Of a DNA stretch of 19,725 nucleotides, positions 1 to 8,200 are shown one piece after another. The stretch is from assembly GCA_031409335.1 (NCBI GenBank), contig JANNWY010000104.1:1-19725 (forward strand), in the 5' to 3' direction. The stretch is from Chthoniobacteraceae bacterium. GTDB taxonomy: Bacteria; Verrucomicrobiota; Verrucomicrobiia; Chthoniobacterales; Chthoniobacteraceae. The position numbers were made by a program, and so were the translations under genes. The first letter of the stretch is position 1. Each line of letters opens with the position of its first letter. The notes beneath the pieces were generated by a model, which did no database searches, had not been told where the DNA came from, and saw only the letters and a program-made list of their open reading frames with translations.

Positions 1-183
1 GATGACCACATTGCCGCCGTTCAATTGCACGAGTAAATCCGTGATATTGATCCGCGAAGGCGAAAGCGTCGGCGTCCAGACGCGCGCGACAAACGAGCCG
101 CCGGTCGAGGCGGCGTTGGAGATAGTGACATTGATCGCCGCCCGCGCCGTAAAGTTTCCGGTCTCGTCGGCCTCGTTCCCAAG
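1..183 (-). pseudogene. 5'-truncated fragment of a probable exported beta-rich protein, running off the left edge of the window
   Basis: Hand translation of 183->1 gives 61 uninterrupted codons, mostly GC3: LGNEADETGNFTARAAINVTISNAASTGGSFVARVWTPTLSPSRINITDLLVQLNGGNVVI. No ATG start in the fragment; it begins at the palindrome arm next to the IS. Not in the supplied ORF track. Confidence 0.5.
171..183. repeat. Left arm of the REP-like palindrome split by the IS (partner arm 1831-1843)
   Basis: cctcgttcccaag (171-183) is the exact reverse complement of cttgggaacgagg (1831-1843). Confidence 0.85.
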
Positions 184-188
184 CTGGA

Positions 189-1826
189 GAGACTGTGTGA
201 AAACTCTTCCCCTTCCTGGGGCGCGGCGATAGGCTGCCGAGCCATGTCCTTTATCACTGGCATGGATCGCTCGCAGACACTGCTGTTGCCGGAAAGCCTG
301 GAGGATTATGTGGGGGCGCAGCATCCGGTGCGCTTCCTCGATGCCTTTGTCGAAGGGCTCGATCTCAAGGCTTGCGGCTTTGGGCGCACCGAGCCGGCGC
401 AGACCGGCCGGCCACCCTTCGCGCCGGGCGATCTTTTGAAGCTCTATCTCTGGGGCTACCTCAACAAGGTGCGCTCCAGCCGCCGGCTGGAGCTGGAGTG
501 CGGGCGCAATCTGGAGGTGCTCTGGCTCTTGCGAAAGCTCCAGCCCGATTTCAAGACGATCGCCGATTTCCGCCGGGAGAACGCGGGTGCTTTCAAGAAG
601 GTCTTCCGCCAGTTCAACCTGCTCTGCCGCGATCTGGGGCTCTTTGGCGGGGAGTTGGTGGCCATCGACGGGACGAAGCTCAAGGCGGTGAACAATGTGG
701 CGCGCAACTTTACCCCGGAGAAGCTGCGCGCGTCGCTGGAGCGCATCGACGCACGGCTCTTGGAGTTCCTCGCCGCGCTGGATGCGGGCGACTCCGCGGA
801 GCCGCCGCCCTCGGCTGCCGGGGCCGCGCCTGTGAGGGGTGGCTTGCAGGAGAAGATCGATGCCTTGCGCGCGCGCCAGCAGTGTTACCAGGAGGCGCTC
901 GCGGCCATCGAGGAAAGCGGCGCGACGCAGGTCTCGCTGACCGATGCCGACAGCCGGCGGATGCGCAAAGTGGGTGTGGGTTACAACGGGCAGATCGCCG
1001 TCGATGCCAGGCACAAGCTCATCGCCGCGGCCGAGGTGGTCAATGAACCCACCGACCACGGACAGCTCGCGCCGATGGCTGCCGCCGCGAAGGAGGCGCT
1101 GGGTGTGGAGAAGCTCAAGGCGGTGGCCGACGGGGGCTACTACGACCACGGGCAGATCGCCGCGTGCGCCGGGATCGGCGTGGAAAGCTATGTCCCCCGG
1201 CCAAAGAAAGGCAGCGCCGAAGCGGGCGGACGCTTTGGCAAGGAGCAGTTTAGCTATGATGCCACCAGCGACACCTACCGCTGCCCCGAGGGCCACGCCC
1301 TTTCGCGGGAAACCGCATGGCTCAAGCGCGGCGAGCCGCACCTCGCCTATGCCAACCCTGAGGCCTGCCGGAGTTGCCCGCTCAAAGCGCAATGCACCAC
1401 GGGTGACTACCGTCGCATCACCCGCTGGGAGGGCGAAGCCATCGTGGAAGCCATGCACGCGCGGGTGGCGGCCCATCCCGAGGTGATCGCGCAGCGCAAA
1501 GCGATCGTCGAGCACCCCTTTGGCAGCATCAAATTCTGGCAGGAGCAGCGAACCTTCATGATGTGCGGCCTGGAGAAAGTGCGCGGCGAATTCCACCTGA
1601 GCGCGCTGGCCTATAATATGAAGCGGGCGATCAACCTCGTGGGGATGGAGCGCCTGCTGGAAGCGGTGCGGCGGCTTGCGGTCGCGACGGCGCGGCTGCT
1701 CGAAGCCCTTTTGGAGGCATTGCACGCCCGATGGGATGCCGAAGAGGCCGAATGGCCGCTGGCCGCGTGAAAATCCCGCCGCGCCCCGCGCCCCGCTCCG
1801 ATGCCTGCGAGTTTTCACACAGTCTC
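189..1826 (+). mobile_element. IS1182-family insertion sequence, 1638 bp
   Basis: Perfect 18-bp terminal inverted repeats gagactgtgtgaaaactc (189-206) and gagttttcacacagtctc (1809-1826) enclose a single transposase ORF. Confidence 0.93.
244..1770 (+). CDS. IS1182-family DDE transposase (508 aa)
   Basis: N-terminal DUF772-type region (LLPESLEDYV..HPVRF, GRPPF, SSRRLE, PDFKTIADFR); catalytic motifs VAIDGTKLKA, VADGGY, IVEHPFGSIK; Cys cluster YRCPEG...CRSCPLKAQCT; ALAYNMKR near the C-terminus. Confidence 0.95.
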   Translation: MSFITGMDRSQTLLLPESLEDYVGAQHPVRFLDAFVEGLDLKACGFGRTEPAQTGRPPFAPGDLLKLYLWGYLNKVRSSRRLELECGRNLEVLWLLRKLQPDFKTIADFRRENAGAFKKVFRQFNLLCRDLGLFGGELVAIDGTKLKAVNNVARNFTPEKLRASLERIDARLLEFLAALDAGDSAEPPPSAAGAAPVRGGLQEKIDALRARQQCYQEALAAIEESGATQVSLTDADSRRMRKVGVGYNGQIAVDARHKLIAAAEVVNEPTDHGQLAPMAAAAKEALGVEKLKAVADGGYYDHGQIAACAGIGVESYVPRPKKGSAEAGGRFGKEQFSYDATSDTYRCPEGHALSRETAWLKRGEPHLAYANPEACRSCPLKAQCTTGDYRRITRWEGEAIVEAMHARVAAHPEVIAQRKAIVEHPFGSIKFWQEQRTFMMCGLEKVRGEFHLSALAYNMKRAINLVGMERLLEAVRRLAVATARLLEALLEALHARWDAEEAEWPLAA

Positions 1827-1830
1827 GCAA

Positions 1831-1843
1831 CTTGGGAACGAGG
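1831..1843. repeat. Right arm of the REP-like palindrome split by the IS
   Basis: Reverse complement of 171-183. Confidence 0.85.
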
Positions 1844-1847
1844 AAAA

Positions 1848-1969
1848 GCCGAAGGCCCTGGACTGCGGTAATTCCTTCACCGCTTTTTGCCAAGCCTTTG
1901 GCGAACAATGCAGGGTGCCGCGTCTTCTCAAGAGCGGTGAAGGAATCACCGCAGTCCAGAGCCTTCGGC
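1848..1969. repeat. REP doublet (REPIN-like) with ~40-bp inverted arms
   Basis: gccgaaggccctggactgcggtaattccttcaccgctttt (1848-1887) pairs with aagagcggtgaaggaatcaccgcagtccagagccttcggc (1930-1969) with 3 mismatches. Each arm has an internal gcggt...accgc hairpin. Confidence 0.85.
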
Positions 1970-2258
1970 GTCCATTGGGCAGACTGTCGAATGAAAGTGC
2001 GCGGCAGCGGCTGGGCCTGCGCAGTCTCCATCTTTGATCGCTCCCTCAAAAAAACCGCGGCTAAAATAGCACTTGTCGAAACCGAGCGGATATGAATGCT
2101 CGACTGTGTCGTGCTGAGCGACTGAAACGTTTTGTGACAGAAACGTGCCCCAGTGAGTCTTCCGCCAGGAACGGGAACTTCATCTTCCGATCTGACGGTT
2201 TCGAGTCCGGTAGCCGAGAACGCATCTTCCTAAAAGTCAGTTGCCTCAAAATCACCCT

Positions 2259-5200
2259 ATGAACTCCCTCCACTCCTCCCTGCGCGCTCCAGCGTGCCTG
2301 CGTCCATTCCACACGCTCATCCTGGCCCTCGCGGGTGCGGCGCTACTGTTCGGAATTTCACCCTCCCGTCTGTCCGCGGATTTGAGCGGTCTTCCACCGA
2401 CGATCCATTTCACCCAGGGTCTGCAAGGGAAGCAGGTGTGCCTGCGCTGGGTGGCGCAACCGGGGGTGCAGTATGTCGTCCAGAAATCGGCAAGTTTAGC
2501 TGTGATGGGTTCGCCCGGCGGGTTCGCCACGGTGGCGCTGGTGACGGCGGAAAGTGCGGCCTGCCAGTGGGTGGACCCGGAAGCGGCCGCGACGAAAGCG
2601 TTTTACCGGATCGAGATCCCAGGGCCACAAGTCTTTGCGCTGGAGCCTGCGGTGATCTCGACGACGGGCGGTGACATTTTCGTGCGCGGTCAGTGCCTGC
2701 CTGCCGGGTCTTTCCTGGCGCTGGAGATACCGGGGCAAGCGCCGATTTTCGTCCCGCTCGTGCCGGTCGCAGGTCAACCGGGACTGTGGCGCGCGAGCGT
2801 TGGCGGAATCGCGGGCGGTGTCGTGGCCGGAATCGTCATCGCCGCGCGGGTGACGGATTCCGATGGCACGACGGTGGCGCTCGTGAATCAGACGATCGAG
2901 GTGACGGAGACGGGCTATGCCTCCGATGCGCCGCCGTGGCTGCCACCAGCGGCGCCAGTGCCCGTGGCGCAAAGCAATCCGATCCCGGGGATTGGAATTG
3001 TCGTCAAAAGGAATCCCAAGAAAAAATATGCCCATCGCGCGACCCCGGGCTCCGATGATGATTGCGATGACATGGACGACGACGCGTCGGGGCTCTGGCT
3101 CAGCAGGAAGGGATACCAATACTACATGGCACAATCGGACATGAGCAGTGCGAGAGCGCACATCAATCCGGCTTTCAAAGAAAATAGCAACTCAGGTTCG
3201 ATGGTTTCCGCGATGGCGGCAGGGAATGGCGGGGAGGACGACGGCGATATCCCAATGAGTGACTCCGTGGCACGGAATTCTGGAATGGGTAGGGGAAAGG
3301 TATCCTTACAAGACTTCCACTTCGCAGTCCACAGAGGTCTGCCCGGCGAAGTTTCCGCCGAGCAATGCGACCTCGCATTGCCTTGTCCGGCGGGTCCGCC
3401 CTTGGAGTGGGTCCGCAGCTACCGCAGCAGGGCACCGGTCGCCTCCGGTCATGGCACGGGCTGGGATTTTTCCTATAACATTTACATCGAGCCCGTCCCG
3501 CTCGCGGCGGGAGTGAATGCGCCCGTCGTGCTGGTCCATGATGGCAGTGGGCGGACGGATAAGTTTGTCCGTCAAGGGGATGGGAGCTACCGCTGCAACG
3601 GCATGTTCCGCGAAGGGCGCTTTAACCCGGACACCTCCTTCACGCTGACCTTTGCGGACAAAGGGGCGTGGATTTTCTGCCGGCTGGTGGGCGCGCCGTG
3701 GTCGGGCCGCATCGGCAGCATCGCCGATCGCAATGGCGTGGCGCTGAACTTCACTTACAACAACGGCCAGCTCGCCACGGTGAGCGATGCCTTTGGCCAC
3801 AGCCTGTCGGTGACGTGGGGTCCCACGGGGCAGATCAGCAGTGTCGCGGATTCCACCGGACGCTCGGTTTCCTACTCTTATTTCGGTGGCGAACCTGGCG
3901 GGAGCGCGGGCGACTTGAAATCCGTCTCCTGTCCGCAAGAGGGCGGCCTGCCTCCCGTGAGCGGCCCGACCACTTACACCTACACCAGTGGCTCTGCCGA
4001 CGACCGGCTCAATCACAATCTCACCAGTGCCACGGACGGTGCGGGCCGGAATCTCGGAGCCTTCACTTACTCGTTATCTGCGAATCCAGCGGAACTGGAG
4101 TTCGATGCCGTGGCTTCCGTCCGCAAAGGCCAGGAACTCCTCGGCAATGTGAAGAACATCAAAATCCCTACCAGTGTCAGCGACGACGATCTTCAAGCTT
4201 ACGTGATCTATGAAAACGATGAGCTGGGCCGCGTCACGGAGACGACCTGCGACCGGATGCACCGGCCCACTTCCGTCCGGGAATATACTGGCTTCGCCAC
4301 GCCGGGCGCGCCCGTCACAGCGACGACGAATCGCCCCACCGGAAAGCTCCGCGCTGCCGACCCTGACTTTTACCAAACGACCTGCCTCTACAATGGCCAG
4401 CACCTGCCCACGCGAGTCACGATGCCGGATGGAGTGCAGGAGCGCACCACTTACGAATACGACCTGAAGCCCGCCTGCCCGCTGCGCGAGCGCGCCAATC
4501 CCCGCGTCTGCACGCTGGTGTCTCCAGCAGGCGAACAACGCACCATTTCCATGGAATATCTGCCGGGCTTCGGGTCGGCTGAGCCTGGGCTCAACGGACT
4601 TCCTCCCGGCGAACCCATCATTCGCCGCATCGGCCTGAACGGTCTGCCACCCGGCCAACCCGTCATCCGCGGCATCAGCCTTAACGGACTTCCTCCCGGT
4701 CAACCCGTCATGGGTGGCATCTGGGATGGCGGTGACGGCGACGGTGGCTGCACGGAGTCCGCGCGCGGGGTCGATCGCGATGGCAAGGACTGCACGAATC
4801 ACGGCCATCACAAGCTGGGTGCGGCAAAGATAGGCCCGAAACAAAAGGCGTGGCTGTGCGCCAACTTCCGCGTCAGTCTGCGGACGTCCCTGGGCCAGCA
4901 GTTCTCCTGGGGCTACGACGCCTCGGGCAACCGCACGAGTAGCCGATCACCCATCGCCGGAGCGGGATGCGACATCGCTTACAACACTCTCGGCCAGGTC
5001 ACCAGCGTGAGGACACTGAACGGCCCCGGCTCCACGTTCATCGACGAGTGCGTCTATGATGCCGACAGCGGTTTCTGCATAAGCTTCATCAGCGACAGCC
5101 CCGGCCTGCACCTCACCACTTCCTGCGCCCGCGATGCGCTGGGCCGGGTCACCAGCATTACCGATCCTCGCGGCTTCGACACGCTCTTTACCTACAATCC

Positions 5201-8200
5201 GCTCGACCAGTGTGTCACCGTGCAATCACCACCCGTCGGCAACGGTGCCGCCGCGCGCATCACCACCACCTACTTTTACGACGCCGGCGGGCTGCCTTCG
5301 GGCTGCGATATCGAGCATCGGGATGCCACCGGAGCCTTGGTCGCCGCCAATCCCGCCTACAGCACCCGCATCCTCCGCGAGAGCCCGAGCCGCCCGCGCC
5401 TCGTCTCCCGCGTGGCGGTGGAAAATCGCCCCGTCGCGCTTCCTGCCGGGAGCACAGACATCGCCTCCGTCGGCCTTGCGAACTTCGATGTTTGCGACTT
5501 TCTCTTCGATGCCGCCGGCCAGTGCATTCAGGAAAGCACACCCGCTGTCTGCCGCGCCCAGCCCACCGACTCCGTGACCAGTTACCAATACGACGAGCGC
5601 CGCCTGCTCCATCGCTGCATCGATGGCCAGCAGGGCGCTCCAGATGCCGTGACCACGACCACGGAATGCGATTACACGCCCGCGGGTGATCTCAGCCGCT
5701 GCGCCACGCTCGCAGCGTCAGGCGGATTGCCCGGAGCGGTGAATCCCACCGTCACGTTCACCTACGATGGTTTCCGCCGCTGCACCTTCAGCACGGATCC
5801 GATGGGAAATGTGGAGACATTTTCATATGACAACCAAGGTTATGTGACGTGCTCGCTCTTTGGAGAACTCGACGATCAACCCGGCTCGGGTGAAAATGTC
5901 CTCCTTTCCCGCGTGAAGGTGAAATTCCATTGGGATTGCTCAAGCGAGGAACGAAAGGCTAGACCAGCGGTCGGCCGCCCGATACTCCAAGGTATTACCA
6001 GCCGCTGGACTCCACTCGTTCCGAAACCGCACGATTCAGCCTTCTTCGACGTCTTCACCAAAGACGAAACCATGACCGTGGATCGCTTCACGGCCACCAG
6101 TTCCGCACAGGAAGTCACCACGGTGAATCGCTCACCGGCGGGATTCGTAATGAGTATTTCGACCAATGGCGACACGCTGGAGAGCAACACCTACGACACC
6201 GCCAGGCGTCTGCTCTCTTGCGCGAACGGCGCCTGTTCCGTGGCATACACGCTGGATGCGTGTGGCAATGTGCTTTCCCTTACTCGCACGGATTTCCCGA
6301 GCGGGGGCGGAAGTCCCGCAGTGAATCTGGTCCGGCTTGCGACTTACGACGCGCTTGGCCGGGCGGTGCAGATGTCGGAACGCGCCAATGTATCCGCCTA
6401 TCAATACGACTCCCTCAGCCGCGAGACCTGCTTCCAGCCGCCAGTGGGAGCCCCCGTTTACAGCAACTACGATGGCACCGACGCCAGCGGACCCTACAGC
6501 GTCCAAACGCAGTGTGATGTCGATGGCAACGGATCGCCTGAAACGCTGGGTAGCTCCTACGCCCGCGCCTGCCCGAAGCGCTACAAGATCAAGATCGACA
6601 TCGGCCCGCCGCGCCCACCCATCTTCGGCCGCTCGGTGACAAACTCAAACGGTCACACCACGACCTTCACGCTCGACTCCCGGGACCACTGTGTGCAGAC
6701 GGATTTCCCGGATGGCACCCAGCAGTTTCGCCAGTTCGATAGCTTGGGACGCCTCGTGTCGGATTCCCGGCAGGACGGAGCGACCTTCATCAGCGAATAC
6801 AATCTGAATGGCGCGGCAACGAGCATCTATACCGGTCCGTGCAGACCACCCTACCTATGCGATTACATCGCCGTGGCGGCAACCTCGCTCCACTACAATG
6901 GCCGCGGCGACTGCACCCGGCTCACCCAAGGCACCTCGGATGTTATCCGCAGCTTTGACTCCTGCGGAAATATGGTGAGCGAAAGCCAGAACGGGCACAT
7001 CGTGCAGCACACCTACACGCACCGCGGACGCGCCAGCACCACTTACCCAAGCGGCGCGCGTTACAATGAAACCCGCAACGCGCAAGGCTTGCTCCTTTCG
7101 GTAGCCGCCGAGGGTGCGGCGGGGACGCCGGTTGCGGCGATCCAGTATCTAGGCTATCGCCCGGCCCAGGAGACGCGGGCCAATGGCGTCGTCACCAGCT
7201 ACGGCTATCGCGGGATCAATGATCCACCGATACAGGGCACCGGACCGGATTTCTCCGTCGATGCCTGCGTCCAGAGTCTCGTCACCGGACCGACTGGCAC
7301 CGTGCTCTCGCGCAGTTTCTTTAGCCGGGATGCGAATCAGCAATTGATCCGCCGTGAAACGATTTTCGGCGAGGGACCGAACACGTCCGCCCCATTGCGC
7401 CGGCAACTCATCACCCGCGATCGGCTGAACCGCCTCACCCGCATGGTCACTGGCGCGCGGCGCAACGCAGGCACCGCCATCGCGCTCGAATCCGACGTTA
7501 CCTACACGCTGGATCTCGAAGGCCAGCGCCTTTCCGCCACCGGCGGATCCCATCCCGGGGCTTACTCTTCCAACGATCTGAATCCCCCCGGCGACCGTCA
7601 GATGAACCAATACTCATCGTGGCCCGGCGGACCGCTGGAGTGGGGTGACAATGGCAGCCTCACCCTGCTTTCGGACGGCACGACGGGCACGAAACACTTC
7701 GTCTATGACGCTTACTCCCGACTCGTGTCCGTGGTGGATCCGAATACAGGCGTTGCCCTGGCGAGTTACAGTTACGATGCCTGCGACCGCCTGGTTTCAC
7801 GCACCATTCCGAACATCATCGCGGCCTTGCCGCCGGTGATCACGTTCTTCATCTATGATGGGGATGCCTGCATCCAGGAACTCAACGAACTCGGCGAGCC
7901 GCAAATGACGTTCGCCGCGATGGGCCTGTGCATCATCCCGATCAATGGCGATCCCATTTATCCGCATGGCAGCAGCGCCTTTTTAGCCCGGTCGATCAGG
8001 GCGGGCCACTATGCGGTGTCGAACTTTCACATCGAGGTCGATGGTGCCAGTGGCGGATACCTTTCGTCATTCCAGCCTCCATCCTATGAAGTGGAGGACG
8101 TTTCCCAATGCCTCACCACCGGCATCGGAGCGGTGCTCGAACGCTTTGATTTCGACGACGGCGGGCAGCCGATATTCCTGACCAGCGATGGCGTGGTCCG

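Noticed and set aside
2195..2215. ggtttcgagtcc resembles a tRNA T-loop (possible tRNA or att remnant)
   Set aside because: It has an extra T, no pairing T-stem and no cloverleaf.
2157..2232. Short direct repeats (catcttcc at 2181 and 2223) upstream of the RHS gene
   Set aside because: Too short to distinguish from chance without homologous promoters.
4587..4721. Tandem repeats considered as a CRISPR array or DGR template/variable pair
   Set aside because: No unique spacers, differences are synonymous and not adenine-specific, and no cas or reverse transcriptase gene is in the window.
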